Below, in pieces: positions 30,001-39,728 of a DNA stretch of 64,000 nt (its first letter is position 1; each line of letters starts with the position of its first letter). The position numbers were made by a program, and so were the translations under genes. Origin of the DNA: Candidatus Latescibacterota bacterium (GTDB taxonomy: Bacteria; Latescibacterota; UBA2968; UBA8231); contig OZ253462.1 of the NCBI GenBank assembly GCA_965261395.1, forward strand, positions 3,776,001 through 3,840,000. Direction: 5' to 3'. The notes beneath the pieces are model-generated. The model made no database searches. It saw only the letters and a list, made by a program, of their open reading frames with translations, and had not been told where the DNA came from.

Positions 30001-30422
30001 ACTTGAGCACCGAGGAGCTGAACGCCCAAGACAACTACTGGAGCGGGGCCGACAGCGCGGCTATTGCCGCGCAGATCGAGGGCGCGGTGGCGTGGACGCC
30101 GTTTCGCACGGAGGAAGGAGTGTCCAAGGCGGTGGTCCTGCCTGCCGACTTCGCACTACATCCGGCCTATCCCAATCCCTTCAACGCCGAGGTCGCGCTG
30201 TCGTTTGACCTGCCGAAGGCGGCGGCGGTCGGCCTAGTGCTCTACGATGCGCTGGGCCGGCCTGTGCGCCATCTTGTGGATGGGCCGTTAGCGGCTGGTC
30301 GCTATCGGTTTGTCTGGGATGGGCGCGACCGAGGCGGGCAGGCGGTGGCTTCGGGGATTTACTTTTATCGCTTGGCGGCGGATTCGTTTGTCGCGGTGGG
30401 CCGCTTGGCCTTGGTGCGTTGA
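27099..30422 (+). CDS. Secreted M6 (immune inhibitor A-like) metalloprotease with beta-helix and C-terminal FlgD-Ig/YPNPFN domain
   Basis: Signal peptide, CHEFAHILGLPDL, EYFLLEHR, GLLIWHVD, parallel beta-helix repeats, YPNPFN..WDG..SGIYFYRL. Confidence 0.88.
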   Translation: MACRLFLFLVLVLPSQVLAAEFACAALEPSARRVAQTPEHLSALVIFSQFQNEGAPATAPSWANDLFDAELPGSFAHFYREMSGGRIHVDGQVLPRRYRSRMAADTYLADTPGALGQFGRFNLEILTAADADVDLGHFDNDGPDGVPNSGDDDGYVDIVFINLQTAPRDFFVGAATGIASLGMDADYISGDPAASGGFVRVRSRFTGFSGTTQRGHTFSVTASTMCHEFAHILGLPDLFDQTALTVSELDPEEDSAGIGNWGIMGWGTLGWGVEDGPNAFSAWSLATLGWVEVIEVEGSVEGLEIGEIFSDRKAYKIPLTQDEYFLLEHRRAGGSYYNRNIPQDGLLIWHVDEQADNDEERHKQVDLVCADGLFADQGFPNGDPDAVEGRDNLDFWARDLAYSSAHNGNKGDATDPFDGVRFRRFAWDTNPAFSGHTGFVRNLPLGMAIENIRPHGAAMVVDVVRQQLVGHIVGDATWTGRVDLDGDVIVAPGATLTIDTDAEIRFARGDAQDTGFDPDRSELIVYGDLKIGEGASFKSSATRTGPLDWSGIYLLDGQAVDPAAIAIEHAHRGIIGFRLPPGRTQWLDEQAVYADLLVPAGSELHIGPSSVSFPRFDLSRRGVSPDFAELIVEGALTIEGMAGDRAQLTTDPGPDNDGLWYGIRVLPGAQVEVQHAELTRTAFAFSGEIDEVTTLRIADSAVSESGGNGLLLRLNGQAQVDRTQFTFISGPAVFIAGSGQLALRNVTIEGNGQEGILLNNASLEAIRVAVIDNGQLDPDDPRTGVRAIGGRGQRIEMWKSQIEQNTAHGMDLEEWLGEVELHDSRIVGNQGDGLRAGGAARLVLAQVLVERNLRVGAEIAGSLVEIWNSTFRAHVTAGLRLGLGTRGVIEMSAFVGGRGLELAGVEALEIRASEFVRGTPAIQSVDSAPHIVGNRFADNAVAIRVEGRRVPLGIHGNTFANNSTAIENLSTEELNAQDNYWSGADSAAIAAQIEGAVAWTPFRTEEGVSKAVVLPADFALHPAYPNPFNAEVALSFDLPKAAAVGLVLYDALGRPVRHLVDGPLAAGRYRFVWDGRDRGGQAVASGIYFYRLAADSFVAVGRLALVR

Positions 30423-30545
30423 GAGGCCAAGCGGGTACGTGAGCTGTCAGCAAGTGGGCGACAGGAGAAAGTTCTTCAGATCCGCACGGGAGACGGCGGT
30501 ATCGAATCCGACATCGCAGGGACGAGGAAGCCTTGGGACGCTGGA

Positions 30546-31685
30546 TTAGGGTAGCCCTACTTCGCAGCAGAAGGTAGAAAACGGCAGAACGCGCGTGTTG
30601 GTGGTGGCGTTGCCAAAGTCTTTTGTGCCGAGGTGTACCTGATAGAATCGTGGAATATCTGTTCGCTCCCTGAAGTACCGGCAGGTGGGCGCAGCGTTTC
30701 GCTCACCGCTTTTGCACTCTACGGCGAATTCCGCCCTGCCATCGCGGAGAACGACGAAGTCCACCTCGCGCTTGTCGGTATCGCGAATGAAGCGCAATTC
30801 CATCTCATGCCCTTCGGTATCTTCGACATAGTGGCAGTACTTCAGCAGATGGCCAGCCACCATGTTCTCAAATCGAGCACCCCGGTCGGCCACGCGCGAC
30901 CAGTCCCAGAAATACAGCTTTTTCTCCTTGCGGACAGCCCGGACCCGCTTGGCTCCAAACGGCGGAATGCGGTAGCACAGGTACAGCCGTTCAAAGATCG
31001 TCAGCCAGCGCTCGACGGTTTCATACGCCACTTGTAGCAGTTTGCTGAGGCTGTTGACCGAAAGAGGGGAGCCTACGCACGCCGGCAAGTGCGACAGCAG
31101 CAATTCTAGCATGGACACCTCGCGGACATTCTCCAGATCGCGGAGGTCTTCATAGAGGACTCTTGCGGAATGCTCGCGCAGCCAGCGGCGCTGAAAGCGC
31201 TCCTCGCCCCTGAGAAAAGGCTCGGGGAAACCGCCAAACCTGAGTAATTGTTCCACGAGTGCGTCATCGGGTGCCCGCCCGTATTCCATTGCCGTGAACG
31301 GATGAAGCCGGTAGTAGTGATACCGGCCCTGCAAGGAGTCGCCGCCTTTGCGATAGTAATCCAGACGCGCCGAGCCGGTGACGATGAAGGAAACGGCGCT
31401 CTTGTTCTTGTCGAATAATCCCTTCATCAGGTTGCGCCAGCGCGCGTACTTGTGAATCTCGTCAAAAATGACGCGGGTCTGATCAGCGGGAAGTCGCTCG
31501 GCCAGAATGTCCTCGCGATCGGCCAACACATCCCAGTTCAGATAAGCTGGCGACGATTCGTCTTGGCCGCGGTCCAGTAGAGATAGGGCGAGGGTTGTTT
31601 TGCCAACTTGGCGTGGCCCGCCGATGAATACCATCCTGTCCGCAAGATCCGCTTCAAGACTATCTTTGATATAGCGCGGCTCCAT
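30546..31685 (-). CDS. AAA_14 ATPase with DUF4143 / PD-(D/E)XK-like C-terminus
   Basis: GPRQVGKT, FDEIH, TGSA, SLQGR, GGFP, EVDF..VECK. Confidence 0.92.
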   Translation of the reverse strand: MEPRYIKDSLEADLADRMVFIGGPRQVGKTTLALSLLDRGQDESSPAYLNWDVLADREDILAERLPADQTRVIFDEIHKYARWRNLMKGLFDKNKSAVSFIVTGSARLDYYRKGGDSLQGRYHYYRLHPFTAMEYGRAPDDALVEQLLRFGGFPEPFLRGEERFQRRWLREHSARVLYEDLRDLENVREVSMLELLLSHLPACVGSPLSVNSLSKLLQVAYETVERWLTIFERLYLCYRIPPFGAKRVRAVRKEKKLYFWDWSRVADRGARFENMVAGHLLKYCHYVEDTEGHEMELRFIRDTDKREVDFVVLRDGRAEFAVECKSGERNAAPTCRYFRERTDIPRFYQVHLGTKDFGNATTNTRVLPFSTFCCEVGLP

Positions 31686-31714
31686 CCTGCTGACTTTCTC
31701 GATTATTGCGTTGT

Positions 31715-31747
31715 TATTTTAGATTGTACTCTAAAATACTCATGAGT
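31715..31747. promoter_or_regulatory. Inverted repeat upstream of the AAA ATPase (possible operator)
   Basis: TATTTTAGA-6nt-TCTAAAATA followed by the palindrome ACTCATGAGT. Confidence 0.5.
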
Positions 31748-32130
31748 GTTTCAGAGTCAACAGGAAAACGAGGATATGGAGTCGAGTGGTAGGAATCGAC
31801 GCTAGCAACCCACTAGTGGATTGCCGGAGTCGGGGTGAGTGGATAGCTGAGCAGAGGCTATTTGCAATAGATCGCAGATTGTAAATATGTACTTGCATAT
31901 CAAGCCTACGACCGTGGAGGATTGTTCATAGGGCAGCCTATGGCTCCTCTGTGCCAAGAGGCGGGAGCGAAGACCGCGCAACTGCTGGAAGACTACTTGG
32001 CGGAGGGGCACGGTTGGTAGCTGCGCGGGACGGGCTGACCGCTGCCGAACAAGGGACTATCGACAGAAATATCACCGGAGGTCCTGTTTAGACTACGGCA
32101 TACGAGGAGGCTGCCACTCGCCATTGACCA

Positions 32131-33534
32131 TCAATCGACGATGCCGCAGGCTGCGTCCGTCAGGTTGTCGTAGTAGTGTACGTAGGTCACTCCGTCGATG
32201 ACTATGCGGTCGGTGTGGGGCAGGTCCTCTTCCCAAGTCATCTCCTCGCCCCAATTGTGCGGCGGGGCGTCTTTTTTGCCCCAGCGGTTGCCGTTGTAGC
32301 GGCGGAATAGCACTGTGCGTCCGGCTTGGGTGATATAGGCTTCGACCATGACGTCGCGCTCGGTGGCCTCTTGCTCGATTTCGAAGACGCGCAGGCAAGT
32401 GAAACGCTGCTGACCGATATGCACGTCGAACACCCCTGCGCCTATTATTTTGGGTGCGTCGGTCTGGCTTGCGAACGAGCCGTCGGCCTGGGGGCGCAGG
32501 CAGCCACAGTCCTCGATCAGGCGTGGTGAAGGGTCCCAATCGTCGTAAAATCCTTCGTCGAGAAAAGTCATCAGTTCCCGCGTGCCGTCGGGGCACAGCG
32601 ATTCCACCGCCATCCACTCCACCGCGTCCTCGGTCAGAGCGCCCCAGACTTTGGTGCGGCTATCCTTTTTTTCGCTGGGCGTATTGTCGCCCGTCATTCC
32701 CGCGAGATGCTGGTTCTCCACCTCGATTTCGACGCAGGGCCGGCCGTGGATGACCGCGGGTCGGCAGGCTGCTAGCGAGACGGTTTCGGACAGTCTCCAG
32801 GGTGCGTCACCTTCTTTGGGTGGCCCATACGAGCCATAGCGGATGCCGTCGCCCACTTCCGGCACGACGAACCACCAAGACATCTCCTTGAAATCAATGC
32901 GGAAGGGGGCCTCTTGGCTCGGCTCAATGCGTATTTCGGGCCGGTACTGGGGGAAGGGCCGTTGCTGGCTAGCACTCATGGTCTTGCTCCTCGTCTTGGG
33001 GGTGACGCCCAACACCGTGCGGATTCGGTCGCGCCCGTGCGACAGGCGGCGCTTGACCGTGCCGTCGGGACAGCGGTGGCGGGCGGCTATTTCGGCAATG
33101 CTCAGGCCGTCCAGGTAAAAGGCCTGCAAGGCAGCCCGCTCGCGGTCGGGCACTTCCTCCATGGCCTCGACGATGGCCGCGGCGGCTTCTCGCTGCCGGG
33201 CTTGGGCCACGCCAAAGCGATTGACCATAGGTGCCAAAGCCTCTGTCTCGACAAACAGCTCGCGGCGCTGGGTCGAGCGGAAGTAATCGCGGCAGCGGTT
33301 GCGAGCCACTTGCAGCAACCAAGCCCGCACATCGCGGGGAGTGTCCCGGCGCAGGCCGCTCCAGACGTGTACTAGGGTTTCCTGCAGTACGTCCTGCACT
33401 TGGTCGCCGGAACCGACCCGGTGGCGGATTAATCCCACTAGGGTGCGCTCGTAGCGCCGAATCAGGCGGACGAGAGCTTGCTCGTTGCCCTGCCGCACCT
33501 GCTCGGCTAATAGCTGATCGCTTGGACTGGTCAT
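32131..33534 (-). CDS. ECF sigma-70 factor with a large C-terminal extension
   Basis: QDVLQET, WLLQVARNRCRD, GLSIAEIA..GTVKRRL, then about 280 extra residues. Confidence 0.9.
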   Translation of the reverse strand: MTSPSDQLLAEQVRQGNEQALVRLIRRYERTLVGLIRHRVGSGDQVQDVLQETLVHVWSGLRRDTPRDVRAWLLQVARNRCRDYFRSTQRRELFVETEALAPMVNRFGVAQARQREAAAAIVEAMEEVPDRERAALQAFYLDGLSIAEIAARHRCPDGTVKRRLSHGRDRIRTVLGVTPKTRSKTMSASQQRPFPQYRPEIRIEPSQEAPFRIDFKEMSWWFVVPEVGDGIRYGSYGPPKEGDAPWRLSETVSLAACRPAVIHGRPCVEIEVENQHLAGMTGDNTPSEKKDSRTKVWGALTEDAVEWMAVESLCPDGTRELMTFLDEGFYDDWDPSPRLIEDCGCLRPQADGSFASQTDAPKIIGAGVFDVHIGQQRFTCLRVFEIEQEATERDVMVEAYITQAGRTVLFRRYNGNRWGKKDAPPHNWGEEMTWEEDLPHTDRIVIDGVTYVHYYDNLTDAACGIVD

Positions 33535-33620
33535 ACGTCATCTGTCCTTTACCTTACAAGGCGGACATTAGCGGGTAAAGGTTCACCGAATCCATCCACT
33601 CCTTTAGAAGAAGATCTGCC

Positions 33621-34769
33621 ATGAAACTGTTTTACGTCGCCTGTATTGCGGCCATCGCGTTCGCCGCTTGTGAGGATAAGACTTCTCTGTCTTCCACTGC
33701 GGACGGCGGTGGCACTCCCGTTAAAATTGGATTTCTCGTGTCGGGCGACCGCACTACCTATCCGAATGGGGCGAAGATCGCGGTGGACGAAGTCAACGAG
33801 CGCGGGGGGCTGTTGGGCCGGTCCGTTGAATTGGTCACGCGGATTAACATAGAGGAAGCGGCGGCGGCCGTGCAGGCCGCTGAGACCATGATCCTCACAG
33901 ATCAAGTCGTCGCCCTCATTGGTCCCAACCGCTCCTCGCACGCCATTGAGGTAGGGGCCGCAGCCCAGCGCCACGGCGTGCCGATGATTACCACGGCAGC
34001 CACCAACCCAGCCGTGACCGCAGCCGGTGTCTTTGTCTTCATGGCCGCTTTCACCGACCAGTTTCAAGGGTGGGTCATGGCGCAGTTCGCCAAAGAGACG
34101 CTCGGGGTGGATGCGGTCGCTGTTTTGACGCAGCGCGGGGAAGTCTATACCGAGGGGATCGCCGAATTTTTTACCGCCCATTTTAGCGGCTTTGGGGGAG
34201 AGATCGTCGCCGACGAGTTCTACGAAAGCGGTGCGACGGATTTCGCAGCGCAATTGACCCGCATCGCGGCGGCGGCTCCCGAGGCGGTTTTCCTGTCGGG
34301 TCTGCCGCCAGAAGTAGCGCTGATGACCAAGCAGGCGCGTGCGCTGCCGCTGCAAAATGCAGCCGGGGAACCGACGCTTTTTCTCGGGGCCGATGCCTGG
34401 GACAATCCGACGCTGTTAGACAATGAAGAAGCGGCCGTGGATGGCAGCTTTTTCAGCAGCCACTTTTCGCCGGACACGGACGAGCCGAGTGCGCGTGCGT
34501 TTATCGACGCATACCAAGCCCTGTACGGGATTGTGCCCACCGGCGGCGATGCGGTGAGCTACGATGCGGTGCGCTTGCTCTTGGAAGCTGCAGAGCGAGC
34601 GGGTAGCCTCGACGCGGACGCGATACGGCGGCAACTGTTGGCTACCGAACAGTATGCTGGGGCGACGCGCATTGCCGGCTACGACGAAAACCGCCATCCA
34701 ACCAAAAGCGCGGTGATTATGACCATTGAGAATGGCGCGAAGAAATTCTACCAGCAGGTGGATCCGTAG
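33621..34769 (+). CDS. LivJ/LivK-type ABC substrate-binding lipoprotein (no permease nearby)
   Basis: Lipobox FAAC, AVDEVNERGGLLGR, TDFAAQL, YDAV. Confidence 0.9.
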   Translation: MKLFYVACIAAIAFAACEDKTSLSSTADGGGTPVKIGFLVSGDRTTYPNGAKIAVDEVNERGGLLGRSVELVTRINIEEAAAAVQAAETMILTDQVVALIGPNRSSHAIEVGAAAQRHGVPMITTAATNPAVTAAGVFVFMAAFTDQFQGWVMAQFAKETLGVDAVAVLTQRGEVYTEGIAEFFTAHFSGFGGEIVADEFYESGATDFAAQLTRIAAAAPEAVFLSGLPPEVALMTKQARALPLQNAAGEPTLFLGADAWDNPTLLDNEEAAVDGSFFSSHFSPDTDEPSARAFIDAYQALYGIVPTGGDAVSYDAVRLLLEAAERAGSLDADAIRRQLLATEQYAGATRIAGYDENRHPTKSAVIMTIENGAKKFYQQVDP

Positions 34770-34922
34770 GGGATTGTATAGGAAAGAATCGGATTCAGAT
34801 ATCCGTCACGTACTTACGCACAAAGCCTACGACCGTGGAGAATGGACGACATGAGTATCATTACCCCACAGCTTCAGCAATTCGCCGGGGAAGCACCCTG
34901 AACCCGGCCGCGGAATGGGCTG

Positions 34923-35762
34923 TCAGTTCTGGCCTTTAAAGTAGATCTCTAGAGCGTTCTTCCCCAAAATCCACGCCTTGTCTTCAACGCTGAAAAAGGG
35001 GATCAACTCCTGCATAATGAGCAGTTCGTAAAAATTGGCCCATACCATCCGCCGCGGCCCAAAGCGGTCGTACACCCGCTCCAAAAAGGGCCAGACATCG
35101 CGGAAGGGCGGTCGTTCCTTGGAAGGATTGTGCAGCGAGGTGCGGATGTACACATTGGGCCAGCGGGCTAGATCGAGCAGCGGCCCAAAGCCCTCGCTAT
35201 CGGGGGCGCTGATGTCGATCATCGCCAGATGGTCGATGACCACTTTGACCCTGGGGAAGCGCTCGGCCATGGCCGCCACCTGCCCCACTTGGTGCGGCGC
35301 TAGGAAGATGTTGAACACCGCGCCCAACTCCTCGGCCCGGTGCCACAGCGGATAGCTGACCTCATCACTGAGCCAGACCACGTCGCGGTCGTAGATGGGA
35401 CTCAAGCGTAGCCCTGCCAAGCCCTGCTCTCGCACGGCCCGTTCCAAGCGCGCCGGATTCTCCGGATCGGCCGGATCGTGCAGCCGGTGTCCCACTAAAA
35501 GGCCGATGGCGGCAAAGCGGTCGGGATAGCGCTGTACGCAGTGGCTGGCATAGCGGTTGTCGCGGCCGTAGTAGCACACCTGGCTGATGACGACCTTGTC
35601 GACTCCATAGGTCCGCATGTGTTCGATGAGGTCTTCGGCCGACTGCTCATAGTCGGGCTTGGCACCGGGGCAGTTGGACAGACATGGGTCGGGCTTAAAG
35701 CGGGGGTCGTGGAGCACCCAGGCGTGCTCGGCGCCGTTGACAATGGGGTAAGAGGTGGCCAC
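34923..35762 (-). CDS. Amidohydrolase_2 family protein
   Basis: HEH, VIDHLA, FGPRRMVW. Confidence 0.85.
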   Translation of the reverse strand: MATSYPIVNGAEHAWVLHDPRFKPDPCLSNCPGAKPDYEQSAEDLIEHMRTYGVDKVVISQVCYYGRDNRYASHCVQRYPDRFAAIGLLVGHRLHDPADPENPARLERAVREQGLAGLRLSPIYDRDVVWLSDEVSYPLWHRAEELGAVFNIFLAPHQVGQVAAMAERFPRVKVVIDHLAMIDISAPDSEGFGPLLDLARWPNVYIRTSLHNPSKERPPFRDVWPFLERVYDRFGPRRMVWANFYELLIMQELIPFFSVEDKAWILGKNALEIYFKGQN

Positions 35763-35964
35763 GGCTCACGAAGCGGCAGCGCTGAGCGTGGGCGCGTGCA
35801 ATGCACTCATAGACAATCTTTTGGTTGCGGATTCGCCGGACGGAGCGAGCCTAGAAATGCGCGCTAAAAGTACCTCCTACCGCGGCCCCGGGCAAGCTGC
35901 TCAACGAAATGATGCTTTAATGCGCGCCCAGGTATCGACCGCTACTGTAGCAATGAATTTCAGT

Positions 35965-37752
35965 TCACCGAGCGCCTTGTCCCTCGCCGTACCACTGCGC
36001 CTGCAAAGCCCATAAGCGGGCGTATTCTCCCTTTTGAGACAGCAATTCGTCGTGCGTCCCGTTTTCGAGCAGGCGGCCCTCTTTTAGCACCAAGATCCGG
36101 TCGCACAGACGGGCGGAGCCCAAGCGGTGGGAGACCACGATGGTGGTCCGCTCGCCGGACATGGCGAGAAAGCGCCGGAACACGTCGGCCTCGGCTTGGG
36201 GATCGAGCGACGCGGTCGGCTCGTCGAGCACGATCAGGGCCGCGTTGCGCATGAATCCCCTAGAGATGGCGACGCGCTGCCACTCGCCGCCGGACAGTTC
36301 GGTGCCGCCGGCAAATTCCTTGGTGAGAAGGGTCTGGTAGCGCTTCGGTAGTTGCTCGGCGATGGGGGCGGCTCCACCTTGGTGGGCGGCGTGCTCGATG
36401 GCCGCTTGATCGCCCATCCGCTCGGTGCGTCCCAAGCCGATGTTTTCACCTAGGGAAAAGGCGAAGCGGGTGTAATCTTGGAACACTGCGGTCGATTGGT
36501 CCCACAGGACGTTCCGATCTGCTTGGGTCAGATCGACATCGCCGTAGAGCACCTTTCCTTCCGTGGGGTGGAACAAGCCCAACAGCACCTTGACGAGCGT
36601 GGTCTTGCCCGAGCCGTTGGCACCGACGAGAGCCACGCGCTCGCCGGGCTGGATGGTGAACGAGATGTCGTCGATTGCCGGGCGTTCCGCCTGTGGATAG
36701 CGAAAGGAGAGACCGTTGACCGCAATCGGGACCTCGCCGACGCGGTCGATTGGCTCGCCACCCCTTGGGTCTTCCGGGCCTAGGTCGAGGTAAGTGAAGA
36801 GATCGGCGATGTACAGAAGGCGATTGCCGAGATAACCAAACCGCCAGAAGACCAAATCGACGTGCGTACAGACTTGCTGCAGCGCAACCATCATGGCGGC
36901 GAACTGCCCAGGGGAGAGGTTGCCGTTGGCCACGGCCCAAGCCGACCAGCCGATGCCGGCGGCCAGACCGGCCAAGCTGAAAGCCGATAGCAAGATATTA
37001 ACCTGAGACTGCGAGCGGTGCTGCTGAAAGAGCCGGTCGGCCACCTGCCAGTAGAGATGCTCCCACCAACCGAGCAGGGCCGATCCCAAGTTGAAGACTC
37101 GCACCTCCTTGGCGGCGGCGCGCTCGGTGAGAATGCGCTCCAAGTAGGCCCGCAGGCGCTCGCGCTGGGTCTGCTCGCGCTTGAGGAGAAAGGTGTTCTT
37201 CTCTTGGAGAATCCGAGCTAGTGGCGGCGGCACTGAGACCAAGGCGATGGCGATCAGAAGCAGCGGATTCCACAGCCCGACGACTAAGGCGACGGAGGCG
37301 ACCGTCAGCGTTCCGGTAATTATCGTGTGGATCTCGCCTATGAGGTTGAGAAAGAAGCCGGGCGAGGCTGCCTCTTGTGCCCGGCGCAACACGTCGTGGA
37401 AATCGGCGCGCTCGAAGGTTTCGAGCCGCAGGACGCTTGCTTTGCGCTGGAGTTGGGTGAGTAGCCGGTCCTCCATTTCCTGTTTCAGCCGCTCGACGAG
37501 TAAAGAGAAAAGTTCCAACCTGAACACCACGTGCGCGAGTGCCAGCACGACCCACAGAGCGATCCACACCAGCATGTCTGTCACGGGCAGGTGCCCCTCG
37601 TACACCGCGAGGCTGCGATCGAAAAGCGCCCGCACGACCCATACCGACGCGGCCGGCAGCAGACCGGTGGCGAACTGGAGCACTAGTAAGACGATGGAGT
37701 AGCGGGGATCTGTCTGGATCATCCACTTCAGAAAGCGCAAGAGCGTGCGCAT
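35965..37752 (-). CDS. ABC exporter, fused permease/ATPase
   Basis: TM helices, GANGSGKT, LSGGEWQR, LDEPT; start uncertain. Confidence 0.9.
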   Translation of the reverse strand: MRTLLRFLKWMIQTDPRYSIVLLVLQFATGLLPAASVWVVRALFDRSLAVYEGHLPVTDMLVWIALWVVLALAHVVFRLELFSLLVERLKQEMEDRLLTQLQRKASVLRLETFERADFHDVLRRAQEAASPGFFLNLIGEIHTIITGTLTVASVALVVGLWNPLLLIAIALVSVPPPLARILQEKNTFLLKREQTQRERLRAYLERILTERAAAKEVRVFNLGSALLGWWEHLYWQVADRLFQQHRSQSQVNILLSAFSLAGLAAGIGWSAWAVANGNLSPGQFAAMMVALQQVCTHVDLVFWRFGYLGNRLLYIADLFTYLDLGPEDPRGGEPIDRVGEVPIAVNGLSFRYPQAERPAIDDISFTIQPGERVALVGANGSGKTTLVKVLLGLFHPTEGKVLYGDVDLTQADRNVLWDQSTAVFQDYTRFAFSLGENIGLGRTERMGDQAAIEHAAHQGGAAPIAEQLPKRYQTLLTKEFAGGTELSGGEWQRVAISRGFMRNAALIVLDEPTASLDPQAEADVFRRFLAMSGERTTIVVSHRLGSARLCDRILVLKEGRLLENGTHDELLSQKGEYARLWALQAQWYGEGQGAR

Positions 37753-37787
37753 GGTAGGCGGGCGGGCCGCTTTTGCGTCCTGTGAGA

Positions 37788-39701
37788 CTACCGGTACCAC
37801 GAGGCTTGTTCCTCCCACATGGCAGCATAGATACCGCCCTTTGCCACTAGGTCGTCGTGGTGTCCTTGCTCGGCGATGCGCCCGTCCTTGAGAACGAGAA
37901 TGCGGTCGGCCATGCGGGCCGAGCCCAGCCGGTGGCTGATCAACAGGGCGGTGCGGCCGGCGAGCAGTTCGCCAAATTGCCGGTACACTTCGGCTTCGGC
38001 CATGGGGTCCAGAGCCGCGGTCGGCTCGTCGAGGATCAGCAACTCGGGCTGGCGAATGAATGCGCGGGCAATGGCCATGCGCTGCCACTCGCCCCCGGAA
38101 AGCCCTTGCCCACCGTCTAGGACGTGTCCTACCGGAGTGTCGTAGCTGTGGGGCAGGCGCGCGGCGATGGCATCGACTCCGGCTCGCCGCGCTGCGTTTT
38201 CTACCACCGCTGGATCGGGCGGCAGCCACGCCGGCCACAAGTCATCCTCCCGGTCGCTACCGCTGCTGCCAAGGGCACCGATTCCGATTGACTGAGAGGC
38301 GGTGAGTTCAAAGTTGAAGAAGTCTTGGAACGCGGCGCTGACCGCGCTCGCAAGGCTCGTCTGGTCGATCTCGCCGTAGAGGATGCCGTCTACCGCGATC
38401 TCGCCCGACGTTGGTTGGTACAGGCCCAACAGGAGCTTGGCGAGGGTCGATTTTCCCGTGCCATTCTCGCCGACGAGGGCCACTCGTTCTCCTGGCTCAA
38501 GGCGCAGGCTCACTCCTCGCAGAACGGGACGGGGTCTCTCGGCCTCGGTGGTGTCCGCTGCCGGATAGGCGAACCAGACGTCTTCGACGGAAAACCCCTC
38601 ACGCAGCGGTTTGGGGAAGGGCTGGGTTGGTTCGCGGTCGGCTGGTGGTCGTTGCAGCCAAGCGCCGTCGTCCTCGGGCAGGTCGAGAAATTCACGCGCA
38701 TAGCTGATTTCAGCGTTTTGGTTTTGCAGTTCCCGCGAATGATAGCCGAGGCTGGAACCGGCTCTTAGCATGTCGTCCACTCCCCGGAACAGAGCGACAA
38801 AACGGCCGGGCGTGAGGAGCCGGTCGCCGAGAAAATAGGCCAGCGCAACGGCGACGCCGGCTGAGACGCCGAAACGCAAACAGGTGACGGGAAGGGCTCC
38901 TCGGGCCTGTTGCTTTTGTTGTCGCCAGAGTTGCTTTCGCAATGACCGGCGCATGGCCTGCCACCGCTGGCTTAGCGTCTGGTGGAGGGCAAAGAGGCGC
39001 GTCTCTTTTTGTTCGCCCCGTCCGGTGAGGAACCGATTGACGTAGTCGGCCCGGCGCATTTCCTCGGTCTGGCCGTAGGTGAAGCTCATGAATCGCCGGC
39101 TTTATTCGATCGATAGCCGGATCTGCGGGACCAGTACAATTAGAAGAGCCAGTGAGATCCACAGAGAGACTGGGACGAACATGGCCGCAATGGAGAGGGC
39201 TTGGATGCCGGCTCGGAATACGTGCATGGCCGAAAAGAAGAACCGATCGAGCGTACGCCCTGGATTCTTAGCACGTTCCAGTTGGTCGTAAAACGCGCTC
39301 ACCTCAAAGAAGACGAGCGGCAGCCGTGACGCCTTGGCCAGAAAGCGACGGCCGAGCGCGTGTTCGAGGTTCTGTTCGAGCCGTAGATGGAGCGCGTCTC
39401 GGATCTGCCACTGCACGTCGCTTGTGAGCAGGAGGACGAGCCCGAATGCCAGAAGCCACGGCAGGGTCTGTTCAAAGCCAGCGCCCCCTGCACCGGCGGA
39501 GGCGACGACGGTGTCGATGAGGTGCTGGGTGATGTAGATGAGTAGCGCGGGCTGGATGCCCAGGAGTATTTGCACGGCGACGATGCCCAAGGCTGGTGCC
39601 CGTCCGTGCGCCCAGATGTGGGCGAGGGTCCAGCGCAGGTTGGTCCATATGGTCGCTACGTTCGTGCGTCGGTTCCAGAACTCGGGATCGCTCCTCGACA
39701 A
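37788..39701 (-). pseudogene. ABC exporter, fused permease/ATPase, split by an in-frame TAA
   Basis: ORFs 39102-39701 and 37788-39089 share a frame; stop at 39102-39104; GENGTGKS, LSGGEWQR. Confidence 0.85.
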
Positions 39702-39728
39702 GGTTCCTCCTTAGCTGAAAAGCGACAA

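Noticed and set aside
37753-38238. N-terminal extension of the 757-aa ABC ORF
   Set aside because: It overlaps the ATPase domain of the upstream ABC gene in another frame; the real start is near 37752-37800.
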